DNA of 64,000 nucleotides from positions 233,995,741 to 234,059,740 of the forward strand of contig CM041465.1 in the NCBI GenBank assembly GCA_023213395.1. The letters run 5' to 3'. The DNA is from Cycas panzhihuaensis. Taxonomy: Eukaryota; Plantae; Cycadophyta. This document shows, in pieces, positions 39,500 to 54,599 of the stretch. Every line of letters starts with the position of its first letter. The stretch's first letter is position 1. The notes below the pieces were generated by a model, which had not been told where the DNA came from, did no database searches, and saw only the letters and a list, made by a program, of their open reading frames with translations. Made by a program: the position numbers and the translations under genes.

Positions 39500-42400
39500 A
39501 GGCCCTAAGGTCAAGCTACCTTTGAAACTATTCAAACTTCACCTTTTGTAGTTATTTGGTGAAGATATCAGCCACTTAATCTATTGTGGGGTAGTATTTC
39601 AGTTGAATTGTGCCATCATGAACAAGTTCTCTAATCCTATGGACTTTTATACTTATGTGTTTAGTACGATTGTGAAATACATGGTTTTTTGCATTGCAGA
39701 TTGTTGATTAATTATCCGCATGAATACTCGTAGGACTTGTTTGGGTGATATTCAATATTTTTAATAATTTTTTCAGCTATATCACCTCCTTACTGGTCTC
39801 AGAAGCAGTAATGTATTTAACTTTGGCAGTTGAATCTGCAACTATCTTCTACCATCTAGATATCCATGATATTGGTGCTATTCTAAGAAACATTACATAC
39901 CCAGACATATATCTTCTTGTATCTTTATCTCCTGCAAAGTCTGAGTCTGTGTATGTAGAAAGCTTAAAGTTTGAATTAGGTTCATACAACAAACCATATT
40001 TATTGGTCGTCTTAAGGTATCTCAACACTCGTACTACTACTTGCCAATAATTCTACCTAAGATTTATCATGTAACAAGTAAGAATACTAACAGAGTATGC
40101 AATATCTAGCCTTATATTGGTAGTGTAGATGAGATTACCTATAAGTTTCTTGTAGAGTGTTGCGTTTGCCTCCCTAGTGTCACCTTCAACTGAGAGTTTG
40201 GTATTAGGGTCCATAGGTAAAATCACTAGTCAAGCATCTTATAACTAAAACTTGGTTAGAAGATCGTTGATGTATTTTCTTGGGAGAGGAAATTTTTTTC
40301 ATTTTTTTATGTTACTTCAAATTTTAAGTGATATTTCATCAAACTGAGATCAGACAATTTGAACATTTTACCAAGGTCCTTTTTCGCCTTATTATCACTG
40401 TTCACTATTACCCATTACTAGCATGTCATCCACAAAGATTATAAGATAAGTGACTTTATCCTTATGGTGCTTGATGAATAATGTTACATTAATATCTGGG
40501 TAGTCACAAACCTCGTATCTAAGTTACCTCATTCTTTTAGACAACTTGGTAAATCAAGCACGAGGGGCTTGTTTAAAGTCATATAAGGTCTTTTTGAGCC
40601 TGAAAACCTTATGCTCTTGACCTTCGATCTTATATCCTTATGGTTGAGCCATGTAAATTTCTTCTTCAAGATCTCCATTAAGAAACACGGTATTAATATC
40701 AAGTTGGTGGATTTTCCAACCCTATTAAATAGTCAAGGCCACAAGAGTTCTAATTGTAGGCCACTTAGTTGTAGGTGCAAAGACTTCAGTGTAGTTGATG
40801 CCTTCCCTTTGTGTAAATTCTTTAGTTACCATTCTCGCCTTATATTTTTCAAAGATGCCATCTAATCTATATTTGTTTTTTAACACCCATTTATTTTGAA
40901 CTACCTTTTTGCCAAGTGGTAGATTAACGAGCTCCCATGTATCGTTCTTGATAAGAGATTATTACTCTTTGTTCATGATATTTCTTCAAACTATATGTTT
41001 TATAGCTTCCTAATATGAGAGAGGTTCTTCACTAAGAGTAAGGTACAGTTCTACCAATTCAAGCTCAGTATATAATGATTCTTGCATCCTTGCTCTATGG
41101 GCACTTTGAGTGCTAGTTTTACCCACCTCATTTGGTTACATGTCCTTATTAAGTTGGCAGGCTTCTCAAGATCATCGAGTTGTGAATGAGGTCCTTATTT
41201 TCTCAACTTCTTGGTTATTATCTTATTCATTAGAATGATTATTTTGTGAGGAGGATGTTGATACATATGAGGAAGATGGTCCTTCTACCACTGTCTTGCC
41301 TTTATCGACTAAAGGTGGAGAGGATGGTTCTTCTGTAATGGCTTTGCCTTTATCAACTCTATTATCTTCAAAGGATGGTACTGGATGTGCACTCATCAGT
41401 TCAGAGTCACAACTTTTATCCTCTGAGGCTCTATTATCAGCTTCCAATATTTGGGGTAATTTATATCTGTACCTCCCCCCCTCGGCCCCCAAATTTTTGA
41501 ATTTGAATATCATACTTAATAACATGATTATAGCGGTATGAGGGTACTTTGGAGTCTAGTTTAAGTAATTCATCCTCTATCTCTGCAAAAATGAAATCTT
41601 TAGTAATAATGATTTTTCATTGTGAAGGTATAAATACCTCATACCCTTTCTTATGCATAGGGTATCCAACAAAAATGCCTTTAAGTGCCTTGGCTGGAGT
41701 TTATTTCGATCTGAATCCAGAATGTGAGCATAACATGTAGAGCAAAAATGTTTTAAGTAGTGAATAATGGGGACTTATCCTGACCACTTTTCATTAGGTG
41801 CTTGTCTTGCCTTTGATAGGCTAATAGCATTGATACAATAAATAGTTATCTAGATTGCTTCAAACCATAGGTAGGCAGGTACATTTTTATATACTAATAT
41901 AGCCTGAACCATGCTCATGATTATTCTATTCATGCACTCAACAACTCCATTTTGTTATGGGGTACCTGCTACTATTGTTTGATGCTTAATGCCATTGTCT
42001 CAAAGGTATCTTTCAAACTCATGTGAGGTATATTCACCACCATTATTAGTTCGAAGACATTTGAGTTAATAACTTGACTCTTTTTCAGTGAGGGTTTTAA
42101 TTCTTTGAATACATGGAAGACTTCATCTTTCTTGTGTAGAAAAGTTACCCATACTTTTCTAGTGAAATCATTAATGAAGGAATGGACATTGATCCGCATA
42201 GATTAGAGTGTAGCAATTGTAATGGATGACTCGATTTCCACTGACTTTTGGGAAAGGGTTGTCAATGAGATTTGGCAATGATACAAGCTTCATATTTAAA
42301 GGGCTTAGAGGAGAACTTTGGAAGATTTGGAAGAGTGTTAGAAAGATCTCTAAGTCTATCAATATAAACATGGCCCATGCGAGCATGCCAAAGAGCTTTT

Positions 42401-44042
42401 AGTGACAACGTTAGATGGGTCAAGATGGAATTAAATGCAAATTCTTCATCGGTACAAGGACTTTGGGCATAATGAGCTTCAGAAGATAGAGAGTTATTCA
42501 GTAAAAAGAGTTTGCCAGAGAGATGTCTAATCAAGACCACTTGATTAGTTATAGGGTGAATGACCTGGATAGTCTGGTCATTTGCAGTTACACTCAGATT
42601 AAATCCATGATAAAAAAGTGTGGATAAAGATAGTAGGTTTTGTTTGAGATTGGGTATGTATAAGACATCAAACAATGTAAAATCTTGTAAGCTTAGGAGT
42701 TTCAAATGAATGGTACCAATTCCTTCAACAGGTTATTGTGATTTATTAGGCATGTGAATAACTCCTTTAACATTTGAGTCAAATATCTGATATAGACTAC
42801 GATTTCACATTATATGTTGAGTTACTCCTGTGTCCATGTTCTACTGTCCTTCGATTGAAGCCACATTATTTGTAATTCCAATAAGATTTGGCATTGGTGA
42901 AGTGAATTCACAAGTCATATATCCAGATCGAGCTTGAAAGTATCTCTTTGGTTGGTTAATGGAATTTGATACTAAAGATACCTCAATTCTTTAAAAATGT
43001 GCATGTACAAAACTAGCACTATTAAAGGATTCTTCATAAGTTTCTTCAACATTGTGAGCTTCATATTTTGGTTAGAACTTAGCCAACTTATAAGTGGTAG
43101 TTCTGTAGTCTTTTGCTAAGTGTCATTTATGGTTACATCGATCATACATAATAGTTTGATTACCAATCCCTAAAGAGGTACTGGTTTGGCGTGACTGTGT
43201 TACTCTTTGTTGAGGTGGCTCTTAGCCTTGAGACTGTCGAGGTTGTGATTGAGGGTTTGATTAACCTTACGGATGATTTCCCATATTTCTTCCTCTTTCT
43301 CTTGCTCGATTATTTCCTCTACCACAAGAGGGACCTTGATTTTTTATGTAGCAAACTTCTTCTTACACCTCAAAGGTTGCATCTGGAAGAGAGTTAGAGG
43401 CTACAAAGTTGGTATCAAAGGTTTTGTCAAATTCTATAAACTTCTCGGTAAGTGCTTTGAAGTTGAGTTTCTTCAATGTTCCACTAGATTGAAGACTTCT
43501 AAGCAAGTTTTTATAATTAAGGACATGTAGACATGATTGGATCAAGAATGCCCAAGTGGTATATTAGGTCTTAAAATCTTTATCAATTACCTATTTTATT
43601 GGTTGAAGGAGATTTATTATCTCATGAGCTCGTCCCTTCTATATTTTTAATTTGTTCATTTTCAAAATAAGATGAACAAATTCTAAATCTGACTTGGTAT
43701 CAAAGTTCTTCTTAAGAACTTCAAGAACCTTCTAGGCTATATCATGTTACTCTTCATTAATCGAGTTGTGCAAAGAGTGATCAGTAACCAACTAAATTTT
43801 TGCACAATTTTTTCATCATCTATCTCCTATTGTAGTTTGACTACAACATCTGTAGGAGCTATTGGGGCAGATCTACTAGAGGTAGGTGTTATAGCTGTTT
43901 CTGATATGATGGGTGTAGGTTATAAGTGGGCTTTTCAAATGCCTTCATACTTTGCAGCATTTTTAACTCCAGTGTACTACAAATCCTAATTTTCTTTATC
44001 TTTCAATATGTAGTTAATATTCTACTTGAACTGAGATGACAT
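39500..44042 (-). pseudogene. Copia E gag-PR-INT-RT-RH
   Basis: DVLYIPNLKQNLLSLS, LWHARMGH, FINDFTRKVWVTFL, TWELVNLP, IFVDDMLV and VADIFTK motifs on the minus strand. Confidence 0.93.
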
Positions 44043-45991
44043 GGTGATGATGAAAAAGTAGAAGAGATGATAGAAGTATGTGCCACTGACACATGTGGCT
44101 AATACACCTAGTGCAATAGGGATATAGAAATGAATGTTATAATGAGAAGTAAGCAATAATTAAGTATTTTTCAACAACTATGAAAAATAAGTATAAGTAA
44201 TGATGTAAGAATAAGTCCTAATGTAGAGCTGTCAAAGAGTGGTGATGTGTCATGCCACTAACCTCTAATTTATGTCCAAATGTAGGTGAGGTTTCAATGC
44301 CTAAGGCTTCTAGTATACAATTAGGGCCTTCACTTGTGATACCTGCACATACGCTTGGTGATGAAATCCAAGTCACAGTGGAGCCTAGGTACTCCTAGTC
44401 CTCACCCAGTTTACCAGTGAGCAGCTATATAACTCCTTCGAAGAGTCAAATGGTACTACATATCCCATAGCTATGATGAATATTAGACCAGGTTAATTTT
44501 AATCTTGCATTAAAGTTTTCAGTTTTCTTAGGCGGTTATCAAGATTATCCTTGATTTGAGGCTATAGGTATGGCTAACCTGTCCCTCCACCACTATTCCA
44601 GTTAAGACTAAACCCAGTATAAAACTCACACCTCTCTTAAGGCATGGACTTCAGCCAACCGTGGTCTATTTCAACTAAGGCGAGTGTGTGCACAAGTTAA
44701 GAATTGATGGTATAGATCGTACACATGAGATTCCTTTTAGGAATAATGTAAGTTATTTCTGAATAACTGAAAACTGAAATGGAAAGTTTCTAAATGTGCT
44801 TGCTTGCTTTTCGTGCTTGCTTTGATATTGATGTTACTTTTATGATGCTTTATGCTATTTGTGCAAATAGAAAAAGCATGCTAGATTTAGCAGGGGAACT
44901 AGTTGTTGCTTCTGATCTAAGGTTTCCCTTACTTTAGTATAATGTTTCTAAATATATTTTTAGAAATTTTAATACAAAAGCTACAATAGGCTAAAAAGTG
45001 AATCAACTTGCCACTAAAATACTGATTTTTCTAAATTTATATGCATGTTAATTTTCCATATTTGTGATTTTTCATAAAATTTATAAATAATGATAAATAG
45101 AAAAATTATTCTAAAAGTTACAAATATGAAGGCCTAAATGATGAAATATGAATTTATGACAAAAGAAAAAAGTGGTCAAAATGTTGTTTCAGATAGAGAA
45201 GTGAAGTCAGATTTCTAAAAAGGCATAAAAATATTTTGCTTAAAGAAAGCACAAAAGCAGAATCCTGTCAGATCCCCTATCTCAGAATCTAAACTTCAAT
45301 ATGCTAAAAGTTATATTTTGACATGCACATCAATTTTTCCTTCCACACGACCTCCAAAATCAGCTAAAACATTACCCAAAATGCCCTCACAATATCCTTT
45401 GTAGGATTGAGTAAGTAAATTCAACATCCGTGATAAAACTGGATAGATTTCACTAACCATTGGATGAAATTTGATAAGATTTATCTTAAAATGATTCTAA
45501 GACATAAATTTACCAGATCCCATAATAAAACTTTTAGATTTTTAGCTTATAATTAAAGGATTTCATTGGAAAAAGTGCCTTAAGTCACTTATCTGTAAAT
45601 TTTACCCTTTTTTTTTTACCAAAACTCATTGTTATAGGTTGAATCTGAAGTTGTTCTAGAAGACAAAAATGACCCTCTAGTCAAGGAAACCTTGCATGCC
45701 AAATTTAATCAAAATCTGAGATGGTCCAATTTTTTATAAAATTGTAATCCTTTAATGTTTCTGGGACTATTTTAACAGTTGAATGGCTTCAAAAACTTGT
45801 ATTAGTCACCTCTAAATTTTTTTACACATAGAGAAAGTAGCAACATATAAAGTACTATAATTTTAAGCTCTCAAAATGTTAGAAATAATGAATGCACCCT
45901 CAATACTTCACATTGAAGATGAGGGAGAGGCAAAATGACTCCACGCAAGTGGAATGGAGTTAATAGATCTCCTTGTAGCTCTGATACCACA

Positions 45992-46302
45992 TGAAGAAAT
46001 GATGTATCTAGGGAATAAATTGTTCACATGCACACAATGATAATGGAGAATGAACAAGAGATTAAACAAGATATGAGAGCAAGCTTGGAGTTGAAAATGA
46101 ATAATGACTCCCTCCTTGAGATTTTACCTTTTATTATTGAGGGTGAGCATTAGGGTTAAGATTTTCCTGCCTAATGATATAAACCCAAAATTACATCTAA
46201 ATGCCCATAAAATGCATTTCATTAAGAGACTAATGCTAATAACATATCCTAAGGTCACATAATTAATCTACACAAATGACCTTGATACATTAACCTCTTT
46301 CA
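45992..46302 (-). repeat. Copia E 5' LTR
   Basis: Adjacent to the PBS and the TSD. Confidence 0.96.
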
Positions 46303-49300
46303 ATAGGTGTCATCTTGTAGTTCCAGACTTTGTTATATTGTTAATATGAGAAGATGGATCATTCTTATATTTCCACTCCTTTAACAAACGGTAGTTATAC
46401 ATATGAGAGCTTTCATAGGTAGATTGTGGGAAATCAATAATAAATCAAGGGAATGAGGTAATAACGTGAGAATTCAACACCTCTTCTTCAAAGTGCCCCC
46501 CATTCTTGTGCAGTTAAGAAGCAAGGTAATGAGGTGTCCCTCTGAATATAGAGAACATAAAAGTCAAAGTTTTACTAATATTACATTTTCTACTACTTTT
46601 TCTAAGTGATGCTTTTTTAGAGTGTTAGGAGTTTATGCTTTGATTTCTATTATCTTGTGATGAAGGTGTATGTATGTAGAATTAAATAAGTGATTTTTAT
46701 ATTTATGTGAAATATTTGATAATTAAAAGAATGGTATTGTAAACTTCTTGAAAGTAGTTGTGGTATTTTCCATGACAAATAAAAAAACTATTATGGTATT
46801 TAAAACACTCCAGATGGAAGGTGACCTAGGATGGTTACACTTTATTAATGAAGAGGGGCCTAGGATGTGGAACCTCTACATGTGCAAACAGATCCTATGA
46901 TGCTAATGTTAGGCATCTGTGCACTACATGAGCATGATTACAAGGGTAGAAGCAACCTAAGACAAAGAGGCTAGACTAAGGGCAATGAGTGGATGCACAG
47001 GTGCATGAAACGAGGATATGGTTGTGGTCCTAAGCTAGCCTGTGGCAAACTAAGGGAGGTAACACATTCCTAAATGCAGTTATATGCTCTTTATGTTTTT
47101 TAATACACTCATTAAGTCTACCCTAAAGAAAGGTTATAATTCACCCATATGGATTTAAAACTCATAATCACAGGATCCCTCCTCATGTCTTAGGCTTGTA
47201 ATAAAGTAGACAATTTGTTACTCCAATTTCCTACCTTTAAAATGTAATGCAATACATATGAAAACAAAGGAAGTGCAATGCAACTAATCCTTTTTTGTTT
47301 TTTATCTTTTCTCTTTTTTGGAATGAAGGAAAGGAAAACAAAAGGTGGGGGGAGAGAGATAAGTAAATTAAACTAACTTCTTCTTTGTTTCTTTCTTTTT
47401 TTTTTTTTTTTAAGATAAAAGAGGAAAAGAAACAATGAGAAAATGAAGAAACCTTTATACCTTTTTTTCTTTTTCTTTCTCTTTTTTTTTTTTTGAAATG
47501 CAACAAAAGTAAGAAACTAAAAGGGGTGAGGTGTACTTGGAAAAGAGTAGGTTGAAGTAGTAAAAACCCCCTTCTAGCAAGCAGTGGTGTCCTTGGTATG
47601 ATGGGAAGGGAATAAAACTAATACTTACCTATCCTAAAGGAATTTCAACAATATTTCTACTTGCTAAAAGCCTTTATGATAGAAGAAAGAGTGCGAAAAT
47701 TGTAAACTTGAGGGGAAAATGAAAGGAAAGGGCATGTGGAGCTTACCTTTTTTATGGTGGTTGGTATGGAGGTTATTAAAATGTTTGTGTGATGGATAAT
47801 GGTTGAGAGTCTTACTAACTTTTATCTCCTCCCTACAAACATGTTAGTTTCCTACAAGGATAGCAAACCTATGATATCTTCAATGAAAATGATCATATAT
47901 AGCTCATGAAAGGGAATAAGCCCAAAGCATAAAGAAACAATCCTAAATCTATGAGCATAAGAGAAGAAAATGGATTGGGTTGGGGTGTCTGAGAATGGCA
48001 ACCATCCCCTAATCTATAAGGATTCCTAAGTTGTACTTAGGAACCTCCCCAACCTTGCAACTTCTAAAATCAACCAACAAAGAAATAAGCAGAAAGGGTG
48101 CTATAAAGAAATATTATCCAATGGGTGAAAGCAATCAAGAAATCAAGGAAATCTTCTAGCTAATCCTACCATAAAATCATACTCTCATGGAATACGACTA
48201 TGGCAAACAAAAGACAAAGGAAAAGAAGCTAAGCAAAATGGAGTTGATTACCTATACCTTATGAAGATTTGTAGGCCAATGGTAGTTGGTTCTCCTCTAA
48301 GGACTCTCAAGTTGCTTTGGGCATATACTTATAATCTCTAAGTGGAAGCCAGTGGGTTGAGTCAAATTACTAGCATTATAGCAAAAATTTGATAGTATAA
48401 TAGCAAGGTTACTCAACCTTAAAGGTGTCCTCCATTTTGAAGGTAGAGGGTTAGTGATTTTCTACCCATAATGTGGAAAAAAATACCAACCAAAAACCAT
48501 GAATCTTGTTCATGATTTAAGAGATTTATCTTGAAAAAAGCAAAAAATTATAAGGATTGAGGCATGTTTAGCCTCTTAATGCTGATGCAAGCTAACTTGG
48601 GGTTGACACAATTCACCAAATCTAACAATTGATCATTTATAAGCTAATTGTTACTATTAAACTCAAATCTAGATTGGTGACAGTCATGTCATAAATTTAT
48701 TTACAATATCACAAACATGTATGCAGTATCATGAACTACTTTGTTGTACCACTATTGTAGTAAAAAAATAAGACAGTAAAGTAATAAAATCCATTTTTTC
48801 ACCAATTTTCATCATACAATCAAGTAGACTCACAAATAACAGGTCCTAAGGATAGCGATCAGTCAACATCGAGTTGCAATAAGGTGAAAATAAGGCCAAA
48901 TAGGAAAAGACAAGGCAATAATCAACAAGAAAACAAGTTGCAAGTGGTCAGGAAAGCATTGTTTCCAACCTAGAAGTCCAACAAATGGAGATAATAGCCA
49001 TGGACTGAGGTCCTAATCTTCATCGGCATATGATAGGGGGATGGATCAACCATCAAGTAAGCAATCAAGCATATACCAACTATATAATCCTTAGATATAA
49101 ATCAATAAAGAGTAAAAAGAGGTGAGAAATATACATATACTCACCTTACTTGGTTGAGTATTGAAATGTTATTCTTGGAAGCTGAGAAACACTATCCCCT
49201 TGGTAGTAGAACATCTTCGATCTAGAGCTAGAAGATGGTGAATTCTACTAATAGAAGTAATGTGAAATACAATAATAATAAAAATCAAATGTGTATGTGT

Positions 49301-50234
49301 CACATGGGGTAGTGGTTGCTATAGTGGTCCCTCATTAATAGAAAATCAGAGGGGGGTTGCCCTTAATTTAGCCTCCTACAGAACCTTTGGCAGAGGTGCA
49401 TAAGCTAAGAAGGATGATAAGTTAGTTATTGGATCAATCCAAAGGTCAGTGGCTATGAATCCTAGGTATGTACATGATAGGGACATTAAAGAATGGAGGT
49501 GTTGCTCCATGGTAAGACAAAGTGGGCATCATGCACTAAAATAGGGGCTTGGAAGCCCAAAGCCCCTTGAATACATGAAGCGATGCTTCAAATACTCAAG
49601 GGAGAGAAAGACTTAATGAGTTGAAGTTTGGTCGCCATAGCTTTACCTCATTAGTGACTATCTTTCAAAGGTTCTATTTTTTTTCTTGTTTTTAACATTT
49701 TATAATTTTTTTTATATTTTATAGTTTTATATTGTTTTTGGATTTTCAATTGTTTTATATATTCTTTTGTTATTTTTAATAGTTTTATGATTTTTTTAAG
49801 ATTTTAAAAGGATTTTCTATAAATTTTTGGTTTTTTCTTTTTTTTTCTTTTTCCTTCTTAATAGAATTTACATAAAAGGAAATAAATAACAAGAAAGGAT
49901 GATAAAACCAAGAGATCCAAGATATAGGATAGAAAGAAGTTGTGCGACCTATGGAAGTCATACCCTAGTTTAATATGCACAAATATATATGGTAGTTTAT
50001 CCTCGTTTTAGAGCAAGGTGATCATTTAGTCTCTTATCAGAGTGCAAGGGAAGCTTTAACAATATGGCGTAACTTCCAAGGGGGCTATATAAGCCTAGAG
50101 TTATCACCATAGTTTTACCTCATCAATGAGTGCCTCTTGGAGGTTAGAGACTAGGTGAGACTTCCCCCTAAATAGGTGTCTCAATGGGTGGTCTGTTAGG
50201 TCAAAGGAGAGTCATCCATTAATGGTAGATGGCA

Positions 50235-50970
50235 CTCGAGGATGAAATTCACTAAATTGTCAACTTCGGTTTAGTCCACGAGAAATATGGTGAATGTTGA
50301 TGGAGGAGAATTAGGCCAAGGGAGACCTAGCAAACGTGGCTAAAGACCTTAATTATGAGCAATGGACCTAGAAGACTTGGATGAGCTGGGATACAATAAT
50401 CTATGAATCACAATAGAAGATGATGGAGCCATTGTGGAAGTGGAGCGCATTAATCAAAGCTTATGTAATAGTGGTATACTCAACATCATTATTAATGGCT
50501 TCCAGTAGGTAGACTCCAGATTGAACTAAGGTATTCCTAAGGTGATTTTGAATGATCTAGGCTGCAGTAGAAGGCCCTAGATTCCTATAACTACCCCCAT
50601 TAATGTGGATGATCAATGCCATAAGGATATGTAATGACAACTCAGGATAGAGTCATTGAATAAAGGGAGATGGTGGGAATCAATGATCAACAAAAGGAGC
50701 TCAAGCAGGCATGTAAATCTAACTGAGATGACAAAAACTCTTAGTCATTAAGAATGACCATGTACCTAAATCATAAACTCCTCTAGGATCTAGCCAAAGT
50801 AGTAGTAGTTGTGTTATTTGGATTTTGATCATGATTAAGACCATAGTAGGTCCAAGTAACTAGATTCAAAGGTTCAAAATATCCCACTCATCTAGATCCA
50901 AACTATAAATTGTAGGTAGGGATGAGGCCATCACATGACCTTCCCTGGATGCCAAGAAGATGGTGGTAGA
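50235..50970 (-). pseudogene. G archaeal-type RNase H (core 50620-50235) with N-terminal extension
   Basis: IHINGGSYRNLGPSTAA*II..AINNDVEYTTI..FYCDS*IIVSQL..HHISRGLN..VDNLVN. Confidence 0.88.
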
Positions 50971-50981
50971 TATGCCCCCTT

Positions 50982-50987
50982 GAAGCA

Positions 50988-51018
<31 letters not shown>

Positions 51019-51126
51019 GTTTTTTTTTTTTTTTTTGGGTACATTTTTGGGTTCTTTTCTTTTTATAGCTTTAAGAAGGCATAGACATATGTAATCGCTT
51101 GGATGGTGTGAGAAGCATACCCTATG

Positions 51127-51193
<67 letters not shown>

Positions 51194-51266
51194 GTACCTT
51201 TTTGGGCTCTTTTCTTTTTGTAGCTTTAAGAGGGCATAGACGTATGTAATCGCTTGGGTGGTATGA
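50982..51266. repeat. Tandem duplication (2 units), each containing a (TA)n tract
   Basis: gaagcatacccta-(TA)n-..ggtac..tagctttaag..gtaatcgcttgg at 50982 and 51112. Confidence 0.92.
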
Positions 51267-52089
51267 GGTAGGTGCAAAGGTAAATCAAACCATAAGGAGG
51301 CCAAGAGAGTTGTCATAATAACAATATTTTAACATAACCAACACATGACAGTGAGCACCTACTGAAAAGGTCAAATCGTGGGGCAAAAGGGGTAAGTCAT
51401 GTGACAACCCTAAGTGTCGATTATGGGACATGCATGAAGCAGGGTCTTCTGGTTAGTGACCATGGAGAACTAAGGCATCTACCATGACTGGGGACATGCG
51501 AGAATCATTATAGTTTCCATACCCAAACTATACGTGTGACCAACCAAAGCCCAGATAGAATTAAGGTGAAGAGATAATATGACAATTGATGAAATATTGT
51601 TTGATACCAACGGTATATATACTCAAGAAGGACAAGCCAAGGCACATAAAAACTTAGTAGGGTATAAAATGAAGTGGTCCAAGGGGATTAAGGGCTACAA
51701 AAAATTGAGCTAAAGATGCAAATGAGGCATAGGAAATAGCATAAGAAACAATATAAGTAATGAAGATAATGAAAAAAAGGTGGCCAAGTGCTACCTGATA
51801 AGTGAAGGGCCAATATGGGCATTAAATCAACAATCAGTATGAAGACATGGTCCCATGGACTATAAACACCAATAGGAGATGAGGTAGGTGGATAAGGGGT
51901 AAAAAAGGCTTATTCAGGGGTCAAAAGGCTATCAATGTCGTGCATTAGATAGCATGAAATTGGGGCCTAGGCATAAACAAGGTTGTTAGCCCAAATGAAT
52001 AGAATAGTGTGTCCAGGTGGCCATATTGTCAGTGCGGTCAAAAGGAGAGGAACAAGAGGCTAATTAGGAGTCATACAAGGGGAAAGGGG

Positions 52090-52742
52090 CCATCTATATA
52101 TTTGAGTTTCCTTTGAAATTTGATTTCATTTTCACTATCAACTATAGGATTTCTGAGAAAACCTTCTTCGACACCTTATTTTCCATTGCCTTCCTAAGCT
52201 CACTTTAGGAGATCTGACCATTTGATTACTAAGTAAGTAGAGTCATAGGGACTACATCATCATCATGGTCATCGTGCATCTAGACTTAGTAAGTGGATAT
52301 GTTATGTTTTTTCTATTTTTGTATTTTTCACAAAGTGTGTTTTTTATATCTAGGCTATGCCTATTTAGATGAAATGAGGCTGAATGGGGCCTATTTGGGG
52401 CCTCATTTTAGGCTAGACCAAGGCATCTTGGTGCCCTAGTCTTGATGGGCTAGTTGTTGGGCCTAAATAAGAATTTATTTATTTATTTATATTTATAGAT
52501 GGTATGATGTGTACCATAGCAAAGTTTGTGGTACCACAAACTCTCTCAGAAAAATTCCTATTGTACTACAGAAGTATTTGTGATATTGTAAATATATCTA
52601 TGGTATAGACAAGTTATTATCAAAATTTATTTTTTTCCTTAAAATATTTATTAGTTTTAATTCTTTAGATTATTGGTTAATAGTATGTAGTCCTTAGGCT
52701 CTTAATGACTAACCTATTGGGACTTTTCATGTGTCATTTCAG
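52090..52742 (+). promoter_or_regulatory. Candidate TATA (52095), first exon and first intron of the G antisense gene
   Basis: ggccatcTATATAtttg; GTAAGT donors at 52233 and 52289; branch-like TGACTAAC at 52706; tttcAG acceptor at 52742. Confidence 0.6.
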
Positions 52743-54030
52743 GCTATTATCACGATTAATAATTGTGAAAATATAGGTACTATGATTGACAATCATGAAA
52801 ACATAGGTGCTCATGATTGGAAAATATTAAGGCAGTGTAGGTTACTTAAAGTGGTCATGATACACCAGTATGCATCTAATCAGGGCCTATTTATGGATAT
52901 CATATCCCATTGGGACTGTAGGAGGTAGGTTTTCCATCTCCCTAGTATAGGGAACATTATTATCACTATCAATAACACTCAGAGGAGTCTGGGCTACCAA
53001 CAAGAGGGGCACCCTACATGACTATGTGAGGCATCCCTACTGGGGTGTCCATTGGGATAATGAGGATGAGGATGAGGGAGACACAATAGGGCTAGTAGTG
53101 GAGATTGGAGAGGAGGAGGGTGATGGAGGTGAGGTAGTCAGAGGTGAGGAGGAGGATCTAGATGTTGGTAGTGACAAGGAGATACATGGTATCAGTGTAG
53201 TAGGGAAGGAGGTAGGCCATCTGGGAGAGGCTCCTTAGAGAGGTATCTATCTTGTCTTATTTAAGTCTATTTTAGTTTTATGTCATTTAGATATATACTA
53301 ATTTTCTTAGATTCATTCCTGACATACAAACTTGTTTTACTTGGTAGGAGAGGGCCTTATAGTAGAGCTCGTCAATAAAGTTGTTGTCGAGCTTTTCCTT
53401 ATGGTGCATATAAAGGGCCAACCTCTGATAGTTGACATCAAAGAGATAATATCAACACATCCTCATACCAAGCTATTTACCCCCTATTGAGGGTAAGGGA
53501 GATGTGGGTGGCTAAGGTCCATGAGTTTTAGTGAGAGAGTAATTGGTTCCAGACTAAGAGGAACTAGTTCTAGGTGAAGAGGGACCAGTTACAGGTGAAG
53601 CAAGTCTAACTACATTATCAGATTAGAGATTTATAGGCACGATGAGTGAAGATAATACCTCCAATCATCACAGCTCCCATATAAATGGCTCATGGGGTAG
53701 AGGTCTACATTTCTATATTAGAGTTGTGGCTTCAGGAGATCCAAGGGGGGAGGGGTCAACTTTAGTCCAGATATGACCAGTTGGTAGAGCAGATGGTAGG
53801 TCATTCATCCAAGACTCATACCACAATGATGACATAGTGATATCAGAGGGATGACGGTCATCCGTAGGATGAGAGGAGTGAGGTTGGACCTTCACAATGG
53901 CCAAGGAGGAGTTAAGGGGATGCTTAAACCCCCTCTAAGCAAAGGCCAATACCAACAGATGCCATCCACTTAGGGAACAAGGGAGAGGATGCATTTTTGT
54001 AGAGGAAAACTAGACCTCTAAGGGTGTTGA
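52743..54030 (+). pseudogene. PMD-like gene antisense to G; intron 53243-53347; probably internally deleted
   Basis: WKILRQCRLLKV..GLFMDIISHWDCRR*VFHLPSIGNIIITINNTQRSLGY followed by an acidic tract; aligns with the T1 antisense gene; the 3' end is approximate. Confidence 0.72.
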
Positions 54031-54147
54031 GATTATGCATGCCCCAATCTTATTAGGTAATTATACACCCCTAAAAGGATTCCAACTTCCTCATGGTGTA
54101 TTGTGTTGATATCCACATTGTACTTCATCTTTGTGTGTATGTGTGTG

Positions 54148-54265
<118 letters not shown>

Positions 54266-54599
54266 AGTGGGGGCTAATTGGTACCCCATTGTTCATTTGT
54301 ATCTTTTGTGTACTTGTTATGTGGATGCATTGCTACTTGTTTTATCATTTCCGCATGTGTATGTGCTTATTCTTTTATGTATGTTTGATCTGAAATTCAC
54401 TCTTGTGCATGGCATCATAGCTCACACACTAAGCATACATACACCATCCACATGAAATGATGTCACACAATTAGCTTCTATTTTATACTTATGGAGGAGT
54501 CCCATACCCCTATTTTGGGGTTAATCTCATCATTAGCCAAGAATGGTAGGAGATAGATCTTAGTGAGGTGCTATATAAGGAGGCTACTGTATCCAAGAT

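Larger units (their letters stand above)
38727..46302 (-). mobile_element. Full-length decayed Ty1/Copia element E
   Basis: Two 311-bp LTRs (about 10% diverged by eye), perfect minus-strand PBS tggtatcagagc 45989-45978, PPT 39048-39038, perfect TSD atagg. Confidence 0.97.
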
